A DNA stretch of 59,947 nt, filler included, from Dugesia japonica (taxonomy: Eukaryota), in NCBI GenBank assembly GCA_001938525.1. It is 5 parts of 5 records of this genome, joined end to end, with 100 filler letters (N's around TTAATTAATTAA, not from the genome) between each part and the next. Parts side by side here need not be neighbours in the genome. Positions count along the whole stretch, not along the records: positions 11,631 to 30,315 come from MQRL01609600.1; positions 30,416 to 38,708 come from MQRL01632334.1; positions 38,809 to 49,333 come from MQRL01615086.1; 2 more parts are not named here. The stretch is one strand, 5' to 3'. This document shows positions 29,589-41,670 of the stretch, piece after piece (the first letter of the stretch is position 1; each line of letters begins with the position of its first letter). A program made the translations under genes and the position numbers. Below the pieces are notes generated by a model. That model saw only the letters and a list, made by a program, of their open reading frames with translations, did no database searches and was not told where the DNA came from.

Positions 29589-30262
29589 AAAAGTTATATT
29601 TTTATAATTATTTATTAGATGTTACAGTCAATTTCACACCTTATAATTAATTGAGATTGGAAAATAGAAATTAAATAACCACTAATTAAAAACTACACCC
29701 GATTTTCTTAGACATGAAAATATTTTTACTCAATCTAATCGAAAATGTCGATTAAAAATAAAAATTTAATAAATAAATATTTAGTCTGTAAATAATATAC
29801 TTTTTTATTTGATAAATATTTAGAACACATTAATTGATATTGAAAAATAAAAGTTAATAATATTTTATTCATCAAAAAAATATGAAATTTATATTAGCCT
29901 AAATTTATTCTTAATAAATATTTAATAAAATTTATTTTATAAATCATTAGAAATTATAAGAAAAATACCACTAAACAAAGAAAGGATTGTCCCAGTAATT
30001 GTTATTTTATTTCTTTCATTTATGAATGAAATAAATAGAGTTGTTTAACAATATCAGCAGAAATCACCAGAATTGAAGATTTCCGTATTATCTAAGCTTT
30101 TGTTTAAAATTTCTAGAAATTCCTTCTTATTTAATAGGTGATATTAAAATTATTCGATAAAGTAGAATAGGAAATTGAAAAATATTCAGTAATAATTAAT
30201 GTTATATAGATAAAATATTATAAAATTATCAATTATTATCAATTATTATTATTATTATTAAG

Positions 30263-30315
<53 letters not shown>

Positions 30316-30415
30316 NNNNNNNNNNNNNNNNNNNNNNNNNNNNNNNNNNNNNNNNNNNNTTAATTAATTAANNNNNNNNNNNNNNNNNNNNNNNNNNNNN
30401 NNNNNNNNNNNNNNN
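30316..30415. other. Artificial contig-joining spacer
   Basis: N44-TTAATTAATTAA-N44. Confidence 0.95.
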
Positions 30416-30613
30416 GTCTAGATGGAGCAATGGTGTATATGGATGGCATAATGATATTCTCAGAAAGACTAAAAGAACATTATATAACTCTGGGTCAGGT
30501 ATTAGATCGGATTCAAACGGCAGGGTTGCGAGTAAATCCAGAAAAATGTCACCTATTACGCAAAGAAGGGAAATTTCTTGGTCACATAATTAATAAAGGA
30601 ATTCGAACAGATC

Positions 30614-32610
30614 AATAGGTAGACAGTGGCACATGGGCACAATTTATTTTGGGAACAATTTTATAAATTACCCCCCCTTCTCTCCCTTGAGCTGCGTTTT
30701 TTTAGACAGATTTTTGTGATCTTTTTTTTCTAAGATTTTTTTAAAAATTTTTTTCATTAGATGAAATTTTTTTTTGATCATAAAAGTGTGTGTATTTTTA
30801 ATTTTTAAATTTTGTGTGTGTTTGGGTTGCTAGGGTGGATTTTAAAAAGTACGTCAAGTTGAGTTTGTGTGTGTGTAAGGTTGGAAAAAACGAGAAGGAG
30901 GAGCAGGAGATCTTGGAGATAATTTTTTTGTGGTTTTGAAGATTTGGTTGTGGTTGGACAAAATTTTGGTCTATATATTGTATAAAAGATTTATGAGTTT
31001 GGATGGATGGTTCGTCCTACAAGGGTAGTGGCACACGGGCACATGCGTATGAGTTATCGTCGGTAGTTTTTATGGAGGCTGTAGGTTGGTATGTAGTTGA
31101 TGAAATTTGTTGGTTGATGGTTTGTTGGAGAGATAATGTGGTGGGGAAGATGTTGGTTTTCGAATGTGCTTTGATTTTTTATTTTAAGGGCTACTTTTGA
31201 TTGGTTTATTTTGAAAGTAGTATAAGTGTGTTAAAAAATTTTTTTCGTGAGGTGGAGGTTGGTATGTGTGGAAAGATAATTAATTATCGGATTTTATAAG
31301 ACTTATTTGAAATTTTTCTGTCAGTGGTTATGACGTCATAATTTTTTGAAATCTTTTTTTTGTTTAAAAAGCTGTATTTTGCTTAAATTGATGAATTTAA
31401 TGAAAGTAATGGTATTTTTGAGTTTTTTTGTTGTCTTTTTGGTTATTTTTTCGGTATTTTGAACTGGGAAGGGTTGTTTTTTTAATATTTTCGAACGGGG
31501 AAGAGAGGAGTCTTGATATTTTTGAAAACCTTTTTGGTAGGAAATTTAAAAAATATTTTTATCGCGAGAAATTTAAAAAATATTTTTGGCAGGAAATTCA
31601 AAAATTTGTTTTTAGTAAGAAATTCAAAAAAAAATATTTTGGTTGGAAATTTTTCATTTCAATGGAGGAAATCTTTTAACTTTAATTAAATTTAATTTAA
31701 TTAATTTAATTTATTTATGTAAGAGATGTGGTAGTCTTGATATTTTGCATGCATAGTCTGTATATTTTGTATAAGATGGGCAGTTTTGATACTTTTTAAG
31801 ATATTATTACATTTTATCGAGCATCCTGGATATTTTTAAGATATTACAATAAATTTATGCATTGTATGGGTAGCCTTGATATTTTGCATGGTATGATCAG
31901 TCTTGAAATAATAAATGGGAAGCCACTATATTTACCTTGGGGAACCTCTATATTTATCATCTCAGTTGCATCTGAGCTGCATACCTATTGTATTTATTTA
32001 AAATATCAATAATAATTCCTAGGCATGCGATTTTTAATGTATGTGTGTTACATCTGAGTTGCATATCTATTGCATTTATTTAAAGAAATCAAAATGGCGG
32101 CTAGATTGAGTTTTAAAAAATCAAATTGGCGGGATTGTTGAGTTTTAAAAACTTATTTTTTGGTGAGAAGTTTATTAAAAATACTCAGAATTGTGATTTT
32201 CAGTGTAACTGTGTTGCATCTAAGTTGCAACTGAGTCACATACCCATTACATTTCATATTATAAAATTATCAGGCACATGATTTTCAGTATATGTGTGTT
32301 GCAGCTCTAATGCTTCTGAGTTGCGTTTATGAAAATATATCTATCAAATATATCTATCTATTGCATGATTCAATAATCAAATAAAAACCTTTCTATACAA
32401 TATGATAAAAACAGAACTTTTTTCATAAAAAAAGACATTAACTAGGTAATTTTCTATAAAACATATTAGTGATGCAATATTTAATAAAAAGTCTGATTAG
32501 TGTTGCAATTTTAAATAACAAATCTCATTAGCGATACCACGTTTAATAAAGTGTCTCATTAGTGTGGCAATCTTTAATAAAAAGTCTAATTAGCGATGCC
32601 ATGTCTAATA
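30614..32610 (+). repeat. Left terminal inverted repeat of the Maverick (inner boundary approximate)
   Basis: Colinear rc match to 35795-37593, e.g. GAAGGAGGAGCAGGAGATCTTGGAGAT / ATCTCCAAGATCTCCTGCTCCTCCTTC and CATTAACTAGGTAATTTT / AAAATTACCTAGTTAATG. Confidence 0.9.
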
Positions 32611-33179
32611 AAACACATATCGGTTGAGAACATTTCTGAGAAAGAAATTATAAAAAGCATGACATTTTTCATAAAATATCATAAATTCATGGAACCTTGC
32701 AAGACATATATACCTAATAAGACTATAAAAATTTCAAAGAAAATAATTTCATGATTGTAAAGGTTTATGAGTCTATGTTTTGCATAGTTACCTTGTATTA
32801 TTTAGATAGCAACAATGTATTTTAAAGATTATGAGTTTAATATTTACATAGGAAAAATGTATTTTAAAGATTATGAGTTTAATATTTATATATTAACCAT
32901 CAAATAAGATGAAACCATGCAAAATGGATGCATGCGTAATGCACAAAAGCATGCACAATACATGCTCGCATCATGTTCACGAGTAATTTAAATAACAAAT
33001 CATATAATTTTAAACAAATTAGATCCAATAATATAAATTAATAATAACCATTCATTTCCTTTAAAAAATATAATGACCAATAAAAACTAACAAATAACGA
33101 CTATGTATGTATCCAGCAAGTATATAAACATTAGCTTTAGTAAAATAGGTCACTTTTACATTTCAAAGTTGAAAACAAA

Positions 33180-33413
33180 ATGAACCAAATCGAAAGGGGA
33201 ATTAAACAAATTACAAATGCAATTACCAGTGGATCAGTTGAAAAAATGAATGAAGTTGAAATACAAATTAAAAAATCGACAGACGAAATTACCAGTGAAT
33301 CCGTTGACGAAATTCAATTAATAAGCAGGATCGACAATGGCCTATTGAGAAAACATGATTATGTTGAACTCATTGTCCATTCAATATTCATGGAGAAAAT
33401 TAAAAAGAATTAA
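33180..33413 (+). CDS. Small orphan ORF (77 aa) inside the Maverick
   Basis: TATATAAA at 33121, ATG in AAAAATG context, internal repeat ITSGSVE/ITSESVD, AATAAA just downstream. Confidence 0.5.
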   Translation: MNQIERGIKQITNAITSGSVEKMNEVEIQIKKSTDEITSESVDEIQLISRIDNGLLRKHDYVELIVHSIFMEKIKKN

Positions 33414-33974
33414 AGAGACAAAAGATAAATAAATTTCTTGCTGGTATTTTTTTTACATCTGTTGTGATATTTTATTTGTTTGGTCGAAATTAATGTTATT
33501 ATTATTTTGTTGTTTAATAAATAGATTTGAATAATAATTTTGTTTTTTTCTTACATTATGTATATAAAAATCTTATAAATAAAGTTTTTTTTTAACTAAA
33601 ATTGGTTTATGAGTGCATTATTTACATAATAACCGTGTATTATTGGGTTTTTTACATAATAATCATGTAATTATGTAAATGCATGCTATGTTCACGAAAT
33701 TAAAGAAATAATAAGAAATAATAGAGTACTTTTGTTTCTTAGTATTATTAAAAATGTAGACATTTTGATAATAAAACATATTTTTTAAAATACAAATATA
33801 TGCAAATAAATATTGCATGTGTAATGTTGCATATTTTATAGTTAACTACTATATAGTGTTCTCAACATAACTTTGTTGTATGAATATTGACGATTAAGGC
33901 ATTGTTTACTGAAATAAGATAATTTAAGTAACATTGATGTACCCCGTTCAATCTAAATAGAATTAAACAATAAA

Positions 33975-35304
33975 TTAAACAATAACTCTTACTTTNNNNN
34001 NNNNNNNNNNNNNNNNNNNNNNNNNNNNNNNNNNNNNNNNNNNNNNNNNNNNNNNNGAATTTCTTTTTCAAATACTCCATAAATGAGAACATATGCTGAT
34101 GTTGTTAAAGCTTTGGCAAACTTGATATCTGATCTCAAATTTCCTTGTTGAGGTAATTAACTCGGATTTATATCAAAATCTGGAGCAAGAACAAATGTAA
34201 AGAAGGGATAATTATCCATAAAATTTGGAAGTGTTATTCCAAAATTCATATTTTTATCCAAATAGCCCATATTTCGCACTATAGATTACATATATGTTGT
34301 GGCATAATTATCGTTTGTAAAATCCTCAGTATATATTTCTTGATAATTATTGTTTTTTGACAAGGAAACAGAAACAGCATCTAGTTTTTGAATTGTTGAA
34401 CTCGAGTTTTAATAACTATTATTATATTATTCATCACTTTGAAATGTAACCAAAATAAAGCTAGGTATTCGACTATCACTAAAGAATATAAAACGATGAA
34501 CTACCTTAACTAATTGCAAATGCAACAACTTCCTTGTTTCTTATTGGATAAACAGCATTTTGCTTTTTTAGTCCCAAGATGATGAGCAGGTAGTACTGAG
34601 GATTCAACTCGTACACGTCTTACCATTAATTTTGACTCTAGTAATACATATTTAGGTTCATTGGCTGTAGATTCCAAACAAATCTTAGAAGATGATCGTT
34701 TCAATCGAATATGAACATTGACACCAGGAATAAGGTANNNNNNNNNNNNNNNNNNNNNNNNNNNNNNNNNNNNNNNNNNNNNNNNNNTCGTTTCAATCGA
34801 ATATGAACATTGACACCAGGAATAAGGTATTTCGGTTGATCCATGAAATCAAGTTGCAATAATTCAAATAGTGATAATTGTTTTGATTTCGCAATACACT
34901 TTTTCTGTTTGCTTCTGATCCATATCCCATTGCTGCAAGACATATTCTTACTGTCACCATTATAATTTATTATAGTTTCAATTATTGGTTTATGACGATA
35001 AGATCCATTTCCACCTTCAATTTTGTAAATTATTAAACGAAAGAATTACATCCTTAAAAAGTGTATGCAACATATAGTTACTAGGAATCGCATAATTCTT
35101 ATCAACCACCTTTAATTTAATATACAATAAAGTATCATTGAAATCCAAATATTCAGTTTGTGATCCATTTATAAAAAACTCTACATCACTTTGTGATTCA
35201 GAAATTGAATTCATAGGAAAAACATCTTTGACTGTACTATTTTTAATTACAGCTTCTGGAGATGGTCGTTAAAAAATACATAATTCAGTTTTACCGCAAA
35301 TCAT
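33975..35304 (-). pseudogene. Maverick/Polinton major capsid protein (double jelly-roll, PY/hexon-like), disrupted
   Basis: CGKTEL, VEFFINGSQTEYLDFNDTLLYIKLKV, LHTLFKDV, QPKYLIPGVNVHIRLKRS, LMVRRVRV, FTFVLAPD, QGNLRSDIKFAKALTTSAYVLIYGVFEKEI follow the Maverick MCP (F54H12.2-like) motif order; stops and frameshifts present. Confidence 0.88.
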
Positions 35305-35376
35305 TTTTCAAATATTGATCCATGTGCTCTCATTGGTTTGTTTATACGTGATACATGAGATTTCTTTAGTTTTCTA

Positions 35377-35640
35377 CTATTTTGTGGTGTTTTGTCTTGA
35401 TAGCATATTAGTTATTTCAGATGGTATTTTATTAATTATACTTTGCAGTAATATACCTGCTACCTTTGGAATCATGCTGGTAACTCCACTAGGTACGGAA
35501 GAAACTACATTTCCAAGCTCAGCTAATGCATAAGATTTCAATGTGGGTAGTATTTTCCAATTTTGAGCCAGTACATCGTGAGCTGTTTTCATACCAAAAG
35601 AACCAATACGTTTAAGAATTGGCAAAGCAAATCTCCCTAT
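35377..35640 (-). pseudogene. 5'-truncated amphipathic virion-type ORF (adintovirus 'cupiennin'-like) upstream of the MCP
   Basis: IGRFALPILKRIGSFGMKTAHDVL resembles the FRxAxPLLK...DVL motif of the Maverick ORF that typically precedes the MCP. Confidence 0.6.
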
Positions 35641-35794
35641 CGTGATACTAGTGATATTTGGACTTAAAAATGTGTATTTTCAAGGATATGTGAATAATAT
35701 TACTTCAGATTCGTTTAATTTACTTGATTAAATTTAGAAAATTTGCAACACGTATGCAAAACGTTTACAAATCAAGTACAAAATATACCAATTT

Positions 35795-37593
35795 AGAAAT
35801 CGCAACACTAATGATACTTTTTATTAAAAATGGCAACACTAATGAGACATTTTATTAAAAATTGCATCGATAATGACATGTGTTATTTAAAATTACAACA
35901 TTAATAAGACTATTTATTATTAATTGCAACAATAATGATACTTTTAATTAAATATTGCATCACTTATAAGATTTTATAGAAAATTACCTAGTTAATGTTT
36001 TTTATGAAAAAAGTTATGTTTTTATCATATTGTAAAGAAAAGTTTTTTAAGAGATATATTTTCATAAATGCAACTGAAAGGCATTACAGCTACAACACAT
36101 ATACAATGAAAATCATGTGCCTGGGAAATTTTTATTAATAAATGCAATATGTATGCGACTCAGTTGCAACTCGAATGCAACGCATTTACACTAAAAATTA
36201 CAAGTATAAGTAATTTTAATAAATTTCTCACCAAAAAATAAGTTTTTAAAACTCAACATAGCTGCCATTTTGATTTTTTAAAATAAATACAATAGGTATG
36301 CAGCTCAGATGCAACTCAGATGCTAAATATGGAGGCTCCCCAAGTTAAATATAGTGGCTTCCCATTTAAAATTTCAAGGCTGCACATACCATGCAAAATA
36401 TCAATGCTACCCATACAATGCATAGATTTCTTGTAATAATACCATAAAAATATCAAGACTGTTCGATATCTTGTAATAGTATCTTAAAAAATAGAAAGAC
36501 AGACCATAACAGGCATAAATTTCTTGTAATAATATCTTAAAAAAATATAAAGACTGCTCAATATCATGTAATAATATCTTAAAAATATCAAAACTGCCCA
36601 TCTTATAAAAATATAGAGACTATGCATGCAAAATATCAAGACTACCACATATCTTACATAAATAAATTAATTTACTGAAATTTAATTGTAATAAAAAGAT
36701 TTCTTCTGTTGAAATGAAAATTTTCCAACCAAATATTTTTTTGAATTTTCCACAAAAAATATTTTTTTTAAAATTTCTAGCCAAAAATATTTTTTTAAAA
36801 TTTTCCACCAAAATTTTTTCAAAAATATCAAGACCCCCTCTTTCCCGTTCGAAAATATTAAAAAAAACAACCCTTCACAGTTCAAAATACCGAAAAAATA
36901 ACCAAAAATACTATTACTTTTAATAAATTCATCAATTTAAGCAAAATATAGCTTTTTAACCAAAATAAAGATTTCAAAAAATTATGACGTCAAATAAGTC
37001 TTATAAAATCCGATAATTAATTCTTTTTCGACATATACCAACCTCAACCTCACGAAAAATTTTTTTTAACACATTTATACTACTTAGAAAAATAAACCAA
37101 TCAAATAGTAGCCCTTAAAATAAAAAATCAAAGCACATTCAAAAACCAACATCTTCCCCATCACATTAGCTCTCCAACAAACTATCAACCAACAAATTTC
37201 ATCAACTACATAGACCAAATTTTTATCTAACCACTATCAAATCTTCAAAACCACAAAAAAATTATCTCCAAGATCTCCTGCTCCTCCTTCTCGTTTTTTC
37301 CAACCTTACACACAAAAATTCAACTTGACGTACTTTTTAAAAACCACCCTAGCAACCCAAACACACACAAAATTTAAAATTTAAAAATACACACACACTT
37401 TTATGATCAAAAAAAAATTTCATCCGATCAAAAATTTTTAAAAAAAATTTTAACCAAAAATCTTAGAAAAAAAACGAACACAAAAATCATGTCTAAAAAA
37501 CGCAGCTCAAGTTTTGTGTTTCCGAGCGCCCCTCTCTACACGGAGAAGGTGGTGATTTATAAAATTGTGCCCGTGTGCCACTATCTATCTACT
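35795..37593 (-). repeat. Right terminal inverted repeat of the Maverick (inner boundary approximate)
   Basis: rc of 30614-32610 with substitutions and indels. Confidence 0.9.
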
Positions 37594-38708
37594 CAGATCC
37601 AATCAAAATCGAAGCTATCAAAAATTTTGTGAACCCCAAATGCGTAAAAAACTTGAGAAGCTTCCTCGGAATATACAATTATTACAGAAGATTGATCAAT
37701 AATTATTCAAAGAAATCAAGAGCCATAGAAGAATTTTATGGAAGCAACATCACGAAGCTAATATGGTCAGATGGATGTGATAAAGCTTTCGAAGACATGA
37801 AATCACCTATTTTAGAATTCCCTGATATAAAGAAGACATTTATTTTAGATACTGGCGCTGGTTTCCACGCAATAGGAGCGATTCTATCACAAAATGATGA
37901 CGACAGAGGAGAAGTGATTACTTACGGCTCACATGCAATGACATCACATGATAAGGGCTACTATAACACATGGAAGGAATTACTAGCAATCTACTACTTC
38001 TGCAACCACATTTAACATTATTTATTTGGAAAAAAATTCATAACGAGAACAGATCACAAAGCCATCATATTCATAAAACGACGAACAAACCGATAACACC
38101 TCAATTCCAAACATGGATGAATTACCTTAGCAGCTTAGACATGGAACTAATATATAGACAAGGCGAAAAACACAAACGCAGATATGCTCTCAAGAATGAA
38201 ATGCGTAACATGTAATCAATGTCACAAGCAACATGAAAATCCATAGTGGTAAGACATTTGAATCAAAAAACTTTAAGAATCTGATAGAATCGAATATAGA
38301 AATACAATTTTCAAGTACTTACCATCACAATACAAACGGAATTATAAAGATACAATTCCGCATAATTAGAGACTGCATTAACCCAGCCGCAGAGGAAGAT
38401 AGAAGAAATGATTGAAGTAACATGATACCGGAAATTGAATACATGATGAATGTGACAAGACCAAACACATTTGAGATATCACAAGCAGAAAAAAATATAA
38501 AACTCTTTTTAAAAGTATTACTCTATTATGTATACAAAATAACAAATCTCTCACAACTTACCTAGTTTTAAAGAATTATTTTTATTTGAAAATATTTTCT
38601 ATCACTTGGTTCTATCGCAGCTAAATTGTCACCCACACTATGTTGAAACAAACTATCAACTTGCAAACTAAAAACACCAATTGAATGCAATGCAGTGCCT
38701 CTAGTGGT

Positions 38709-38808
38709 NNNNNNNNNNNNNNNNNNNNNNNNNNNNNNNNNNNNNNNNNNNNTTAATTAATTAANNNNNNNNNNNNNNNNNNNNNNNNNNNNNNNNNNNN
38801 NNNNNNNN
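38709..38808. other. Artificial contig-joining spacer
   Basis: N44-TTAATTAATTAA-N44. Confidence 0.95.
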
Positions 38809-38924
38809 AATTATTTTAATGTTGGCAAAACTTAATGGCTATAATAATCAATATAAAATTTATTAAAATTATTTAAAAAATAATAATTTTCGATAATTGC
38901 AAATATAAGTTTCTTTTTAAACTC

Positions 38925-39300
38925 TTAACAGTCACGAAACAAGATTATACCTTTTCTATTGACCAGTGCAGATTGTTTATTACATAATTTCTGGTACATC
39001 ATCGAAACTTGAGGACAGTATTTGTCTGTTGTGATAGGTGCATCTAGCTCTAGAAACCAAGATGTATCACACCAACTGTAAACCACCAAATAGTAATCAT
39101 TATATTTTTCGGGTACAAATCAGGTTTTGGCATGTAGCGAAGAGTTTCGTTGGTATTTAGACATTTAATCGTCAAAATAGTGCATTCATTTTCTGAAAGC
39201 GTGTTAAATGCGTATTTTATGTTTTGAGCAATTTCCGGTGTATTTTTTCCATTTTCCAAGCTTCAAAGAAAATACATCAAAATTACGTTTTGCAAAATTG
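38925..39300 (-). mobile_element. Internally deleted mariner transposase fragment (cecropia-like)
   Basis: GKNTPEIAQNI (HTH) fused to PKPDLYPKNIMITIWW..GVIH...ITTDKYC...ALVNRKGII. Confidence 0.85.
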
Positions 39301-40922
39301 GATATTTTTAAATAAAAATTAATTTTCAAATATTTAGATTATTTAAACAAATATCATACATTATATAGTTAAGCTGATATTTAAAACGTTTCGATATGTT
39401 AAGTATTCACTGATATACAATATTTACAAAAATAACGATTTTAATCGGACATTTCATATTGTAATAATATCAAATCAAATAAAGTAAACAAACGAAAACT
39501 ACTGATTAATCAATTAAAGAAAATACATAAATGTTTTATTTATTTGTGTTACGAAGAAAATTTGTTTATCCGAACTATTTTATATTTTTTCGGTCCAGTC
39601 TTGTCCGGATTATTGAACGTTTACTTCATAAAGTGTATGAATCAATGAACTGTTCTCCAATTGCTGTATCAATGTGCAGTAATCAAAGCTGGTAGAATCA
39701 GTAAAAATATTTCTTTTCAAAGAACTATACTTAACAAAATGAATATTTATTTGGTTATAAAATTATTTTAGTCAATTCAATTAAGAAACTTTAATGTAAT
39801 TTCACATTTACTTTTGCGAATTTTAAAAAAAGTATTTATGTAATTCATTAATTATACGAAATTTTAAATAAAAATTATTATTATTANNNNNNNNNNNNNN
39901 NNNNNNNNNNNNNNNNNNNNNNNNNNNNNNNNNNNNNNNNNNNNNNNNNNNNNNNNNNNNNNNNNNNNNNNNNNNNNNNNNNNNNNNNNNNNNNNNNNNN
40001 NNNNNNNNNNNNNNNNNNNNNNNNNNNNNNNNNNNNNNNNNNNNNNTAATAATAATAATAATAATAATAATAGGAAAATATTTTATAGAAAGATAATTTT
40101 ATGCTTTTAGACTTATATATTTATTAATCTAGGACCTAAATATATACTCGATGAGATGGAATCACCAGGAGTATGGTAATTAGTAATATCAATTGGACTA
40201 TTGCTTGGAAAATGTAATTCATTGACCCATTTTTAATTAATAAATTCAATGTTTTATTCTATGAATAAAAGGAAAAAAATTATTCTGCTTTGAAATTCGG
40301 AATGAAATATTAAATTTTCAATTTAAAAGTTAAATTATCATTTAGATTTATAAAAAAAGAATTTCCACTTTGATTTCGTTATATTATGTTGTTTTTATTT
40401 ATAGATATTAGTAATATGAGTAACTATTCCGAACTTTCTGATGAATCAATACAGCAAATTATGTTTTTACGCAAATTTGATTTAACCCGTTTTCGAAAAA
40501 ATATTGCACTCTGTTTTATGTGGTTTAAATTTTTTTTATTTAAAACAATTTTCATGAAAAAAATATGGCGTTTTTTTACCTATTTTTGACTTTTTTCCGC
40601 TTTGTATTGACGAGTTTTTTAATTAAGCTTGTAAAAATTTATTAATTTCAGAGTTAAATTTTTCAATATTTTAACTTCGACTTTTAAAATTTAAAAAAAA
40701 ATTAGCTTAAAATAATATGTAAATGAATTAAAATAAATGTTAAAAATATAACTATGTTGAAAATATATTGCAGATTTTAAAATATTTACAAAAAAACCGT
40801 TTNNNNNNNNNNNNNNNNNNNNNNNNNNNNNNNNNNNNNNNNNNNNNNNNNNNNNNNNNNNNNNNNNNNNNNNNNNNNNNNNNNNNNNNNNNNNNNNNNN
40901 NNNNNNNNNNNNNNNNNNNNNN

Positions 40923-41372
40923 TTTTGTTTTAGATAAAAATTCTAATTTTCGACTTTGTTTTCGTCATGAATTGACTTTTTTTTCCTGTTGAATAGGTAA
41001 TGAGGGTGAATATGATTGTGATAAGTGCGAGTTATTTTGATGAGTTATTAATCGATAATTTGAATGGTTAATTTTTATAAGTAGTATATGGGGTTAAACA
41101 GATTTTTCATGGGATTGAAATATTTTTTGTTGGAAAGAGGATGCTTTATTTGGTTATATGAATAATAATTCAAATTATTCTAAGGTGTGGAGAACTTTCT
41201 ATGAATTTCTAAGAATCTTGTCTGGGCGAACTATATGCGTATGTTCCAGGTAGTCTAAATATTTTATGTATGTTCAAGGCAGTCTAAAATTCCCTACTAT
41301 GTTGTATATATAAAAAAGTCAATTCCTGATAAATTCAAAGTCGAAAATTAGAATTTTTATCAAAAACAAAAA
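40923..41372. repeat. MITE-like element with 36-bp inverted repeats
   Basis: TTTTGTTTTAGATAAAAATTCTAATTTTCGACTTTG vs CAAAGTCGAAAATTAGAATTTTTATCAAAAACAAAA (1 mismatch). Confidence 0.75.
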
Positions 41373-41497
41373 CAAACAAACAAAAATAATTTTTGATCGT
41401 AGCTTTTATTTTAATGAATTCTGAAAAACTATCAATGGTTACGTCCAACAATTATTCTCGCAATAATTCCGATTGTAAAATTATTATTATTAATATC

Positions 41498-41558
<61 letters not shown>

Positions 41559-41608
41559 NNNNNNNNNNNNNNNNNNNNNNNNNNNNNNNNNNNNNNNNNN
41601 NNNNNNNN

Positions 41609-41670
<62 letters not shown>

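Larger units (their letters stand above)
30614..37593. mobile_element. Non-autonomous Maverick/Polinton derivative, 6,980 bp
   Basis: Perfect 6-bp TSD CAGATC (30608-30613, 37594-37599); termini AATAGGTAGACAGTGGCAC vs rc AGTAGATAGATAGTGGCAC (Polinton-type AGT...ACT); ~2-kb TIRs; capsid gene inside. Confidence 0.93.
30416..38490 (+). mobile_element. Ty3/Gypsy pol remnant interrupted by a Maverick insertion (parts 30416-30613 and 37594-38490)
   Basis: VYMDGIMIFS...NPEKC...FLGHII...IRTD joins in frame to PIKIEAIK...LRSFLG...ILDTGAG once the insert and one TSD copy are removed. Confidence 0.93.

Noticed and set aside
31428-31679. F/K-rich ORFs here and at 36407-36923
   Set aside because: Chance frames in low-complexity TIR sequence
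34697-34830. Direct 41-bp duplication inside the MCP gene
   Set aside because: Identical copies flank a 50-N gap, which indicates an unmerged contig overlap; collapsing it restores RLKRSSSK
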